DNA of 64,000 nucleotides from Chloroflexota bacterium (GTDB lineage: Bacteria; Chloroflexota; Dehalococcoidia; JAUQQI01), in NCBI GenBank assembly GCA_040289115.1, contig PSKS01000002.1, positions 28,623 to 92,622 of the forward strand, read 5' to 3'. This document shows positions 30,031 to 39,059 of the stretch, one piece after another. The position numbers were made by a program, and so were the translations under genes. The notes beneath the pieces were generated by a model that was not told where the DNA came from, did no database searches, and saw only the letters and a list, made by a program, of their open reading frames with translations. Numbering within the stretch: the first letter of the stretch is position 1; each line of letters opens with the position of its first letter.

Positions 30031-31230
30031 CTACTCGATGATTTTGGTCACGACCCCGGCCCCCACCGTCCGGCCACCCTCACGGATGGCAAACCTTAAG
30101 CCCTCCTCCAGGGCCACCGGCGCAATCAGCTTCACCCGAAGGTTTACATTGTCCCCAGGCATCACCATCTCAACCCCAGCAGGCAAAATCACCTCCCCAG
30201 TAACATCCGTCGTCCGAAAGTAAAACTGCGGCCGATAACCCGTAAAAAACGGCGTGTGCCGCCCACCCTCCTCCTTGGTAAGAACGTAAACCTGGGCCTC
30301 AAACTCCGTATGCGGCGTTATCGTCCCAGGCTTGGCCAATACCATCCCACGCTCCACCTCATCCCGCTCAATACCACGAAGCAAACAGCCGACATTGTCC
30401 CCAGCTATCCCCTCATCCAAAACCTTCCGGAACATCTCAACACTGGTCACCACCGTCCGCCGGGTCGGACCAAACCCAACTATCTCCACCTCATCCCCAG
30501 GCCTTATCCGACCTCGCTCAATCCGACCCGTAACCACCGTCCCACGCCCCTTTATCCCAAATACATCCTCTATCGGCATCAAAAACGGCTTGTCTACCGC
30601 ACGCTCAGGCTCCGGAATATAGTTATCTAAAGCCTCTATAAGCTCCCAAATCGGCCGATACTCCGGAGCATCAGGGTCCTGCGACGAAGACTCTAAGGCC
30701 TTAAGGGCAGAACCCCTTATAACCGGCACCTCATCCCCAGGAAACCCATACCGGCTCAAAAGCTCCCTTACCTCCAACTCCACCAGGTCTAAAAGCTCCG
30801 GGTCATCCATCATGTCTACCTTGTTCAAAAATACCACCATCGCCGGAACTTCCACCTGCCGGGCCAAAAGCACATGCTCACGGGTCTGCGGCATCGGCCC
30901 ATCCGGAGCCGCCACCACCAATATCGCACCATCCATCTGGGCCGCACCCGTTATCATGTTCTTGATATAATCGGCATGCCCAGGACAGTCTATGTGCGCA
31001 TAATGACGCTTCGGACTCTCATACTCCACATGCGCAATCGCTATCGTTATCCCACGGGCACGCTCCTCAGGAGCCTTGTCTATCTGCTCAAAGGGCGTAA
31101 ACTGCGCAAGACCCCTCAACGACAAAACCTTCGTTATCGCAGACGTCAACGTCGTCTTCCCATGGTCAATGTGACCTATCGTCCCCACATTCACATGCGG
31201 CTTCTTCCGCTCAAACTTCGGCTTGGACAT
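30031..31230 (-). CDS. tuf: elongation factor Tu
   Basis: [17 protein letters not shown] and NKVD G-motifs with full-length EF-Tu. It ends only 11 nt before rpsJ. Confidence 0.95.
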   Translation of the reverse strand: MSKPKFERKKPHVNVGTIGHIDHGKTTLTSAITKVLSLRGLAQFTPFEQIDKAPEERARGITIAIAHVEYESPKRHYAHIDCPGHADYIKNMITGAAQMDGAILVVAAPDGPMPQTREHVLLARQVEVPAMVVFLNKVDMMDDPELLDLVELEVRELLSRYGFPGDEVPVIRGSALKALESSSQDPDAPEYRPIWELIEALDNYIPEPERAVDKPFLMPIEDVFGIKGRGTVVTGRIERGRIRPGDEVEIVGFGPTRRTVVTSVEMFRKVLDEGIAGDNVGCLLRGIERDEVERGMVLAKPGTITPHTEFEAQVYVLTKEEGGRHTPFFTGYRPQFYFRTTDVTGEVILPAGVEMVMPGDNVNLRVKLIAPVALEEGLRFAIREGGRTVGAGVVTKIIE

Positions 31231-31311
31231 CTTGACCTCCCGAGCAATCTAGCTTTGGCCTACCGGCCGGCTAACGGGGTTTCGAACGACACAAAGAACC
31301 TTACCGGTATC

Positions 31312-31341
31312 ATTATAGGGCCGGGGCTGCGGCCCCGTCAA
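31312..31341 (-). promoter_or_regulatory. sigma70-type promoter of tuf: -35 TTGACG / 18-bp GC spacer / -10 TATAAT, preceded by an A/T tract
   Basis: The minus-strand reading is AATATAAAAACATTGACGGGGCCGCAGCCCCGGCCCTATAATGATACC. The GGGAGGT RBS is 6 nt before the tuf ATG. Confidence 0.6.
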
Positions 31342-31406
31342 TGTTTTTATATTAGACCCAAATGGGGTGGGCCCTGGCCTAAAATGTCTGGTGGAGGTGT
31401 CCGGTT

Positions 31407-34124
31407 ATGCGGGGCGTTTACCCGGCCCACCGGGAAGCCGACGTCGTCCTCCGGGACGGCTCTACTGTCCACGTCCGGCCCGCGCGGCCCGAAGACTGGC
31501 CGGCGCTCCTGGAGTTTTACCGCTCCCTATCCCTTGAAGCCCGAACCTTTAGGTTTTTCTCCCCAGCCGTAAACCTCGAAACCGCCGCCCGCCGAGACTG
31601 CGACATCGATTATGTCAACTCATTTACATTGGTGGCTACCGCCGGTCCCGAGCAGAAGGTGATCGGGGTCGCCTCCTACTTCCGGGTTGATACCGACCGG
31701 GCCGAGGTCGGTTTCGCCGTCGCCGATGCCTACCGCGGACGCGGCCTCGGCACCATCCTCCTCGGCCACCTGGCCGAGGTCGCCGCTGCCAACGGCATCA
31801 ACGTCTTCGAGGCCGTTGTTATGCCTACCAACTACGAGATGATAAAGGTCTTTCGGGATTCGGGCTTCCCAGTCGAGGTCCGACTCGGGCCCGACGAAAT
31901 TCATGTTAGCTTCCCCACCTCCATCACCCCGGAGGCCCTGGAGCGCTTCGAGCGGCGCGAGCAGATCGCCACCAGCAACGCCCTGCGCAACTTCTTCTAC
32001 CCCCGGGCGGTAGCCGTCATTGGGGCCTCCCGCCAGCGGAATACCGTCGGCGGCGCCCTCTTCTGGAACCTCCTCGATTTCGGCTTTGAGGGCCCGGTTT
32101 ACCCGGTCAACATAAACGCCACGGTGGTCCAGTCGGTCCTGGCCTACCCAACCATTGAGGCCGTCCCGGGGCCGGTGGACCTGGCCGTTATTGCGGTGCC
32201 GGCCGAAAAGGTCGTCGGGGTGGCCGAGCAGTGCGGCCGCCGGGGTGTTCGGGCGCTGGTGGTGATTTCGGCCGGGTTTGCCGAAGTAGGGGAAGAAGGC
32301 CGGGCCCGCCAGGCCGAGCTGCTGCGCATCTGCCGCGCCTACGGTATGCGTCTCATCGGCCCCAATTGCATCGGCATCATCAACACCGACCCATCGGCAA
32401 GGCTTAACGCAACCTTCGGCCCGGTTCCTCCGCCGGCCGGGCGGGTCGGTTTCGCCTCCCAGAGCGGGGCCCTAGGGCTCGCCATCATCGACTACGCCCG
32501 TGCCTTTGGTTTGGGCATATCGACCTTCGTATCCATGGGCAACAAGGCCGACATATCCGGAAACGACCTGCTCAATTACTGGGAATCGGACCCTAATACC
32601 GACGTCATCCTCCTTTACCTGGAGTCCTTCGGCAACCCCCGCAAGTTTAGCCGGATCGCCCGCCGGGTTGGCCGGAAAAAGCCCATCGTGGCCGTTAAGA
32701 GCGGCCGGTCCAGCGCCGGCGCCCGGGCAACGGCCTCCCACACCGGGGCCCTCCTGGCCGCCTCGGACATCACCGTAGATGCCCTCTTCCGCCAGTCGGG
32801 GGTGATCCGGACCGATACCCTGGAGGAGCTCTTTGAGGTGGCCTCCCTGCTGGTGAGTCAGCCCCTCCCCCACGGCCGGCGGGTGGGCATTGTGACCAAC
32901 GCCGGCGGACCGGGCATCCTGGCGGCCGACGCCGCCGAGGCCCAGGGGCTCCAGGTGCCTGTCCTTAGCCCGGAGACCCAAACCCGGCTCCGATCCGTCC
33001 TCGTCCCCGAGGCAAGTGTCCTCAACCCGGTGGACATGACGGCCACGGCCGGCGCCGACCAGTACCGCCAAGCAGTGGAGGCGGTGGCCTCCGACCCCAA
33101 CATCGACGCCGTTATGGCCATCTTCTTGCCGCCCCTGCGAATTCCCAGCGAGGAGGTGGCCGCCGCCATCGTGGACGGGGCCAGGCTGGCCAACGGCCTG
33201 GGCAAGCCCGTCCTTTCGGTTTTTATCTCATCCCGGGGCGTGCCCGACGAGCTCAAACGGGCCGACATACGGGTGCCTTCGTTTGCCTTCCCCGAAAATG
33301 CGGCCATCGCCCTGGCCCACGCCGTCCGCTACGCCGAGTGGCGGGCCCGGCCCCTCACCGACCCGCCCCGCTTCGAGGGTATCGGCCGGGATGAGGCGGC
33401 AGCCGTCGTCGCCAGGGCCTTGGGCCAGGGGGACAGCTGGCTCGGGCCGGCCGAAACCTGGCAGCTTCTCAGCTGTTACGGCCTCAACGTTGTCGACCAG
33501 ATCCTCGCCCGGACTCCCGAGGAGGCCGCCCAGGCCGCCGCCAACCTTGGGGGCGAGGTGGTCCTTAAGGCTTTCGCCCCGGGCCTCACCCACAAGACCG
33601 AGCGGGGGGCAGTGCGCCTGGGGCTCCGGGACCCGGAGGAGGTTCGGCAAGCCGCGACGGAGATGGCCAGCCGCTTGGGGGCCCAAGGCCTTCACGAGGT
33701 CACCTTTGTTGTCCAGCGCTACGTGACCGGTGGGGTTGAGATGCTGGCCGGAATGGTCCACGACCGACATTTCGGCCCCATCATCGTCTGCGGGGCCGGC
33801 GGAATTTTCGTCGAGCTTTTAAAGGACGTTGCTGTCCGGCTCACGCCCCTTACCCGGGAGGATGCCGCCGAGATGGTCCGTGAGCTTAGAAGCTATCCTC
33901 TCCTTACGGGTTTTAGGGGTTCGCCCCCGGTGGACGTGGCGGCCTTCGAGGAGACCCTCCTGCGGCTGAGCACCCTGGCTGAGGACCTGCCCGACGTGGC
34001 CGAGGTCGACCTCAACCCGGTCCTGGTCAGGGAGCGGGGGGCGGTCATTCTAGACGCCCGAGTCCGGGTCGAGCCGGCCCAGCCGCCCCCGCCCCTGGGG
34101 GCCAGGACCCGCCCGGCCTTCTAA
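31407..34124 (+). CDS. GNAT N-acetyltransferase fused to NDP-forming acyl-CoA synthetase (CoA-binding + ATP-grasp), PatA-like protein acetyltransferase / ACD
   Basis: The N-terminal GNAT has the acetyl-CoA pyrophosphate loop RGRGLGT. It is followed by a succinyl-CoA-synthetase-like CoA-binding domain and an ATP-grasp domain, 905 aa in all. Confidence 0.8.
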   Translation: MRGVYPAHREADVVLRDGSTVHVRPARPEDWPALLEFYRSLSLEARTFRFFSPAVNLETAARRDCDIDYVNSFTLVATAGPEQKVIGVASYFRVDTDRAEVGFAVADAYRGRGLGTILLGHLAEVAAANGINVFEAVVMPTNYEMIKVFRDSGFPVEVRLGPDEIHVSFPTSITPEALERFERREQIATSNALRNFFYPRAVAVIGASRQRNTVGGALFWNLLDFGFEGPVYPVNINATVVQSVLAYPTIEAVPGPVDLAVIAVPAEKVVGVAEQCGRRGVRALVVISAGFAEVGEEGRARQAELLRICRAYGMRLIGPNCIGIINTDPSARLNATFGPVPPPAGRVGFASQSGALGLAIIDYARAFGLGISTFVSMGNKADISGNDLLNYWESDPNTDVILLYLESFGNPRKFSRIARRVGRKKPIVAVKSGRSSAGARATASHTGALLAASDITVDALFRQSGVIRTDTLEELFEVASLLVSQPLPHGRRVGIVTNAGGPGILAADAAEAQGLQVPVLSPETQTRLRSVLVPEASVLNPVDMTATAGADQYRQAVEAVASDPNIDAVMAIFLPPLRIPSEEVAAAIVDGARLANGLGKPVLSVFISSRGVPDELKRADIRVPSFAFPENAAIALAHAVRYAEWRARPLTDPPRFEGIGRDEAAAVVARALGQGDSWLGPAETWQLLSCYGLNVVDQILARTPEEAAQAAANLGGEVVLKAFAPGLTHKTERGAVRLGLRDPEEVRQAATEMASRLGAQGLHEVTFVVQRYVTGGVEMLAGMVHDRHFGPIIVCGAGGIFVELLKDVAVRLTPLTREDAAEMVRELRSYPLLTGFRGSPPVDVAAFEETLLRLSTLAEDLPDVAEVDLNPVLVRERGAVILDARVRVEPAQPPPPLGARTRPAF

Positions 34125-34128
34125 AAGG

Positions 34129-34716
34129 CTACCAGTCGCCGGGCTGGGCATACGGGTAGGCCCAGAGGGCCACCGTCAGGGTCAGGGCCTTGAACCAGGC
34201 CTGGTGCATCTTGTCCACGTCCTCGGTCGAATGGCCCTTTTTGAACAAGAAGGGCCGAACGGTGGCCGTTATCGGGTAAATGAAAGCTATGAGGTAGCGA
34301 AGGGGGATTTGTGGGACCGAATTTACGCCGTCGGTCTGATTTTTCTTGGTCCGGTGGTGCCGCAGGCCGATTTCGTGCTGGTAATCGAGCCAGGCCTGGT
34401 TAAATTCGGCCCGGCACAGGTCCCGCACCCACTGCCCGAACCGCTGGCGAACTCGCCCCAGGTAGTCGGGGATCGGGTTGCCCTGGGGGTCAGCAAAGTA
34501 GTAGACCAGGTGGGGGTTAGAGCCGACGAATTCATACCAGACGTCTAAAAGGGCCTCCACGTGGTCCGCGAGGACCTCTCCGGCCAGCCGCAGGTAACGG
34601 GCATCCTCGTCGGTGAACAGGACCGTCTTTTTTAAAAGCTCAAAGTCGGACGGGGAGACCGGCGATGGGCTAACCTGAGGGGTTCCGTAAGTGTATCCGG
34701 GGATGGGTTGGGTCAT
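34129..34716 (-). CDS. protoglobin (single-domain haem globin of the protoglobin family)
   Basis: Near-identical blocks to archaeal protoglobin: IPGYTYG, FTDEDARYL, WYEFVGSNPHLVYYF, WLDYQHEIGLRHHRTKKNQTDGV, YLIAFIYPITATVRPF. The start was set to the ATG at 34716 with a perfect AGGAGGTG RBS. Confidence 0.8.
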   Translation of the reverse strand: MTQPIPGYTYGTPQVSPSPVSPSDFELLKKTVLFTDEDARYLRLAGEVLADHVEALLDVWYEFVGSNPHLVYYFADPQGNPIPDYLGRVRQRFGQWVRDLCRAEFNQAWLDYQHEIGLRHHRTKKNQTDGVNSVPQIPLRYLIAFIYPITATVRPFLFKKGHSTEDVDKMHQAWFKALTLTVALWAYPYAQPGDW

Positions 34717-34717
34717 T

Positions 34718-35362
34718 TTAGTCACCTCCTGGGGAATTTTCTTCGCCCGTTTCGATGGGCTCGGCATCCGGACATTCAAAATAGGTGTGTTCGGCGGGCA
34801 GTGGAGCATCCATGAAGGCACAGTGGTGGGGTCCACCGGGACTATCCGGGTGGGCAAAGGGCTGAAAGAAGCGGCACTGCCAGCACATCAGGTACGGCCG
34901 CACAAAGCCTCGGGCGACGAGGCCGGCAATGACCCCGACCAGAAGCTGCCGAAGGGTCTGCTGCTCGGCCGGGTCGAGGGCAGCCAGAATCTGGCGGAGG
35001 GGCTCAAGCATATCCTCCAGCCGGTCGGCCCGTTCCTGGCCGGCGGGGGTAAGGGCCAGGGTAACGACCCGGCCGTCGGCGGCCGAGCGGGCCTTTTCCA
35101 CCAGGCTCTTGGCCGTGAGGGTATCCACCACTTCGCTGGCGGTGGCTAGGGTGGTTCCGAGGCGCTGGGCCACCCCAGTTATGTTGCGGGCGCCGGGACG
35201 TACCCGCTTGAGGAAGGTGAGGGCATTGGCCTGAGCCGGGGAGAGACCTGCGGCCCCAGCGGCGTCCCGGACCATGAGGGTGATGGCTTGGCTCACCCGG
35301 AAGAGGGCCATGGCCAGGTCGGCCGGAAGGTCCTGGGCGCGACGAACCGGGTCAAAGGCCAT
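34718..35362 (-). CDS. MarR family transcriptional regulator with about 60-aa Cys/His-rich C-terminal extension
   Basis: The winged-HTH MarR core spans LSPAQANALTFL..GVAQRLG..DGRVV.L.LTPAG. The C-terminal tail is MCWQCRFF..HHCAF..EHTYFECPD. Its stop is 1 nt before the protoglobin ATG. Confidence 0.8.
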   Translation of the reverse strand: MAFDPVRRAQDLPADLAMALFRVSQAITLMVRDAAGAAGLSPAQANALTFLKRVRPGARNITGVAQRLGTTLATASEVVDTLTAKSLVEKARSAADGRVVTLALTPAGQERADRLEDMLEPLRQILAALDPAEQQTLRQLLVGVIAGLVARGFVRPYLMCWQCRFFQPFAHPDSPGGPHHCAFMDAPLPAEHTYFECPDAEPIETGEENSPGGD

Positions 35363-35410
35363 TAATTAGAACTCCTAATTAATTTTAGGTCCGAGGTGCC
35401 CGGCTGTCAA
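35362..35410 (-). promoter_or_regulatory. promoter (-35 TTGACA / 17 / -10 TAAAAT) plus AT-rich operator palindrome ATTAATTAG-N5-CTAATTAAT spanning TSS to start codon of the MarR gene
   Basis: Read on the minus strand: TTGACAgccgggcacctcggaccTAAAATtaattaGGAGttctaattaATG. The 9-bp perfect inverted repeat lies at 35361-35383. Confidence 0.6.
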
Positions 35411-35696
35411 GTTTTCTGGGGGACCACCTGGGCCCTAGCCGCACGAAAGCCAGCCAGCCCTAAGCTCCCTCAGAAACCACCAAAGAGCCCAAAATAGCGG
35501 GCTCTACGGCAACACCAGGCCCAGATGGTATGATTAGAAGCCAAGCCGACTGTGCCGCCCGGCGAATGCCGCTTCGCCTTAACACCAGTTTGACACCGAC
35601 GCCCCGGTAATGTAAAAGCAACAATCAGGGGTGGCCGTCCGGGTCTGCCACAAGCGGCCGCCCACCCCATATCACCTGCTTCGGAGGTCTACGCCA

Positions 35697-36494
35697 ATGG
35701 CTGAAGCCGAGTGGGCCCTTATCCTCGGCGCCTCAAGCGGATTCGGGGCGGCAACGGCTGTCGCCTTGGCCGAGGCCGGCCTGGACATCGCGGGCGTTCA
35801 CCTGGACACCCGAGCCACCCTCCCCAACGCCGAAAGGGTGAAGGCCGAAATCGAGGCCCGGGGCCGGCGCGCCCTCTTCTTTAACGCCAATGCTGCCGAC
35901 CCCGAAAAACGGCAGGAGATTTTGGATAAGGTCCAGGAAACCATCACCGGCGACCCTGCCGGCGGCTACATCAAGGTCCTGCTCCACTCCCTGGCCTTCG
36001 GCACCCTGCGCCCCTACATCACGCCCGACCCGAAGGATGCCCTTGCCAAGAGCCAACTGGAAATGACCCTCGATGTCATGGCCAACAGCCTCGTCTACTG
36101 GGTTCAGGACCTCTTCTGGCGGGGCCTTTTCAGACGTGGAAGCAAGGTCTTTGCCATGACCAGCGGGGGTGCCTCCCGGGTGATCCCCTACTACGGGGCG
36201 GTATCGGCTGCCAAGGCCTGCCTGGAATCCCACATCCGGCAGCTGGCCTTTGAGCTTGCGCCGGCCGGGATTGCCGTCCTGGGCATCCGGGCCGGAGTCA
36301 CCGACACCCCCGCCCTCCGAAAGATCCCCGGCTACGACCAGCTGATGGAGCAGGCCCTCCGGCGCAATCCTAGCGGCCGGCTCACCCGGCCCGAGGACGT
36401 GGCCAGGGCCATCGTTGCCCTCTGCCACCCCGGAACCTACTGGATAACCGGCTGTGTGATTAACGTGGACGGCGGCGAAGATATTGCTGGCTAG
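35697..36494 (+). CDS. SDR family oxidoreductase, enoyl-ACP reductase (FabI/FabL)-like
   Basis: Rossmann LILGASSGFG with a Y-x6-K catalytic spacing (YGAVSAAK). The start was set to the ATG at 35697 with a GGAGG RBS. Confidence 0.6.
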   Translation: MAEAEWALILGASSGFGAATAVALAEAGLDIAGVHLDTRATLPNAERVKAEIEARGRRALFFNANAADPEKRQEILDKVQETITGDPAGGYIKVLLHSLAFGTLRPYITPDPKDALAKSQLEMTLDVMANSLVYWVQDLFWRGLFRRGSKVFAMTSGGASRVIPYYGAVSAAKACLESHIRQLAFELAPAGIAVLGIRAGVTDTPALRKIPGYDQLMEQALRRNPSGRLTRPEDVARAIVALCHPGTYWITGCVINVDGGEDIAG

Positions 36495-36508
36495 CGGAGG
36501 CCGTCAAC

Positions 36509-37528
36509 ATGGCAAGGTTTAAAATCCTCCACACCGGGGCACCCCCGGACGATCCCCTGGACCTGGAGCGGCAGGCTCTGGCCGGCCTGGACGTCGAGCT
36601 AATCCAGCCCGGAAGGTTGCGCACCGAGGACGACATTATCAAATTCGGGCAGGAGGCTGATATTCTGCTGGTTATCGCCGAGCCCATTACTCGCCGGGTT
36701 ATCTCCAGCCTGCCCCGGCTTAAGGGCGTAATCCGCTACGGTATCGGGGTCGACACCGTCGACCTCAAGGCCGCCACCGAGTTTGGGGTGGTCGTGGCCA
36801 ACTTCCCCGACTTCTGCCTGGAAGAGGTGGCCAACCACACCATCGCTTTTTTGCTGGCCCTAAATCGAAAGCTCTTCCGGCTGGACCGGCTGGTCCGGGC
36901 CGGTGAGTGGCGTCCGGCGGCCTTACGGTCGGCCCTGCCACCGGTCGGGCCATTGCGGGGTGAAACCCTCGGCCTAGTGGCCTTCGGTAATATCCCCCGT
37001 CGGGTTGCCCCCCGGGCCCAAGCCTTCGGCCTCCAGGTGGTGGCCTACGACCCCTACCTCGACGACGAGGTCTTCGGCCGCTTCGGGGTGCGGCGGGTCC
37101 GCCACGTCGAGGAGCTTCTGGCCGAAAGCGACTACGTTTCCTCCCACCTGCCCCTCACCGAGGAGACCTACCACTTTTTCACGGCCGACCGGTTCCGCCT
37201 GATGAAGCCGACCGCCTATTTTATCAACACCAGCCGGGGCAAGGTAGTCGACGAGCAGGCCCTTATCCGGGCCCTCGAGGAGGGCTGGATTGCCGGGGCC
37301 GCCCTCGACGTCTTCGAAGAGGAGCCCCTGCCCCCCGACTCGCCCCTAACCCGCCTGGAAAATGTCATCCTCACGCCCCACGTTGCTTACTACTCCGACC
37401 GGAGCGAGCGGGATATTAAGCTGCGGGTTGGCCGGGCGGCGGCCGACATTTTGCGGGGTTTTGAACCCGAACATGTCGCTAACCCCGAGGTCTTAAAGAA
37501 AATAAACCTCAAGCCGAGGGAGGCGTGA
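36509..37528 (+). CDS. D-isomer-specific 2-hydroxyacid dehydrogenase family protein
   Basis: NAD-binding GLVAFGNIPRRVA and the catalytic R/E/H arrangement (TPHVAYYS) are present. Confidence 0.8.
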   Translation: MARFKILHTGAPPDDPLDLERQALAGLDVELIQPGRLRTEDDIIKFGQEADILLVIAEPITRRVISSLPRLKGVIRYGIGVDTVDLKAATEFGVVVANFPDFCLEEVANHTIAFLLALNRKLFRLDRLVRAGEWRPAALRSALPPVGPLRGETLGLVAFGNIPRRVAPRAQAFGLQVVAYDPYLDDEVFGRFGVRRVRHVEELLAESDYVSSHLPLTEETYHFFTADRFRLMKPTAYFINTSRGKVVDEQALIRALEEGWIAGAALDVFEEEPLPPDSPLTRLENVILTPHVAYYSDRSERDIKLRVGRAAADILRGFEPEHVANPEVLKKINLKPREA

Positions 37529-39057
37529 ACACCGCACCCCTGGGCGGCGCTGCCCTGCTCATGGCCGGGTGGGTGCTGAGCCGCCTGCTGGGGCTCGTCC
37601 GGGAAGCCGTTATTGCCGGGCAGTTCGGTACCGGTCCTGACGTTGCGGCCTATCAGGCCGCCTTCCGCCTACCCGACCTGGTCTTCAACCTGCTGGCCGC
37701 CGGCGCCTTCGGCAGCGCCTTCATCCCCGTGTTTCATAAACACCTAACCCGCAATGAGGCGGCCGAGGGCTACCGGCTGGCCGGCACTTTCCTGGTCCTG
37801 TTCGGCCTGGCGGCCCTGGTCCTCGTCCTGGTCGCCTGGGTCGCCGCCCCGGCGCTGGTCGCCCTCCTGGTGCCGGGGTTTGACGCCCCGGCCCGTTCAA
37901 AGGTGGTGGAGCTTACCCGGCTGATGCTCCTTCAACCCCTGTTCTTCAGCCTCAGCCTCGTGCTGACCACCGTCCACCAGGCCCACCGCAATTTCCTGCT
38001 TCCGGCCGTTGCCCCCATCCTTTACAACCTGGCGATTATCGCCGCCGCCCTCGCCCTGGCCCCGGGGTTAGGGGTAGATGGCCTCGCCGTCGGGGTAGTG
38101 GCCGGAAGCGCCCTCCACATGGGCGTCCAGCTCCCCCGGGCCTTTGCCTACGGACCCGGCCTCAAGCCCAACTTCGAATTCTTCCGGCCGGAGGTGGTCG
38201 AGGTCCTCCGGTTGCTCGTCCCCCGGGCTGCCGGTCTTGCCGTCTACCAACTCAACTTCTGGGTGCTGACGGCCATGGCTTCCCTCATCTCCCCGGCGGC
38301 CGTGGCCGCCCTGGGTTACGCCTGGGCCCTTCTCATGGTACCCTTTGGGGTGCTCGGCCTGCCCCTGGGCACGGCCTATTTCCCCGAGCTTTCCCGACTC
38401 TGGGCGACGGGCGACCTTGGGAGCCTGCGCCGGACCGTTACCGAGGGCCTGGGCCTCAGCCTTTACCTGGGGATTCCGGCCTCGGCGGGACTTATCATCC
38501 TAGCCGAGCCCCTAGTCCGGCTCCTGCTCCAGCGGGGCAGCTTCGACGAGGGGGCCGTGGCCGCCACCACCTGGGCCCTCTGGTTCTTCGCCCTGGGCCT
38601 CTGGGCCCAAGTGGCCGCCGAAATCTTGGTACGCACCTTTTACGCCACCGGCGACACCCTCACCCCAGTGGCTGTCGGGGCGGGGGGCCTGGGACTAACC
38701 TTCGGGGCTGGTCTTGCCCTCTTCGGGGTCCTTGCCCACGGGGGTCTGGCCGCCGGCTTTTCCCTCTCGGAAATCGGCCAGGTCGTCACCCTCTACCTGC
38801 TCCTGGGCCGGCGCCTCGGGGACCTTCAGACCGGCCTGGCCCGGGACATCTTTCGGAGCATCCTAGCCAGCGAGCTGATGGTTATTGCCGCCGCCTTTGC
38901 CCTGGCCTTCACCCCGGCCGGTCTGGTGCTTCGGCTGGGGGCCGCCCTGGGGGTGGCCGTCGCCGTCTACGGGACCGTAACCCTCCTGCTGGGCAGCCGG
39001 CTGGCCCGGCAGGTCCTGGGCCTCCTCCGGGCTCTCTGGCCGGGTAGAGCTTACTGA
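37525..39057 (+). CDS. murJ: MurJ/MviN family lipid II (or polysaccharide) flippase, MOP superfamily
   Basis: 14-TM profile with the MurJ N-terminal pattern LSRLLGLVREAVIAGQFG..DAF. It overlaps the previous gene by 4 nt. Confidence 0.75.
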   Translation: MNTAPLGGAALLMAGWVLSRLLGLVREAVIAGQFGTGPDVAAYQAAFRLPDLVFNLLAAGAFGSAFIPVFHKHLTRNEAAEGYRLAGTFLVLFGLAALVLVLVAWVAAPALVALLVPGFDAPARSKVVELTRLMLLQPLFFSLSLVLTTVHQAHRNFLLPAVAPILYNLAIIAAALALAPGLGVDGLAVGVVAGSALHMGVQLPRAFAYGPGLKPNFEFFRPEVVEVLRLLVPRAAGLAVYQLNFWVLTAMASLISPAAVAALGYAWALLMVPFGVLGLPLGTAYFPELSRLWATGDLGSLRRTVTEGLGLSLYLGIPASAGLIILAEPLVRLLLQRGSFDEGAVAATTWALWFFALGLWAQVAAEILVRTFYATGDTLTPVAVGAGGLGLTFGAGLALFGVLAHGGLAAGFSLSEIGQVVTLYLLLGRRLGDLQTGLARDIFRSILASELMVIAAAFALAFTPAGLVLRLGAALGVAVAVYGTVTLLLGSRLARQVLGLLRALWPGRAY

Positions 39058-39059
39058 GG

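Noticed and set aside
31321-31345. GC hairpin GGGCCG-GGGCTG-CGGCCC followed by a T-run, initially read as a plus-strand terminator
   Set aside because: No plus-strand gene ends there. On the minus strand the same bases form the 18-bp spacer between the TTGACG and TATAAT of the tuf promoter, and the T-run is its upstream A/T tract.
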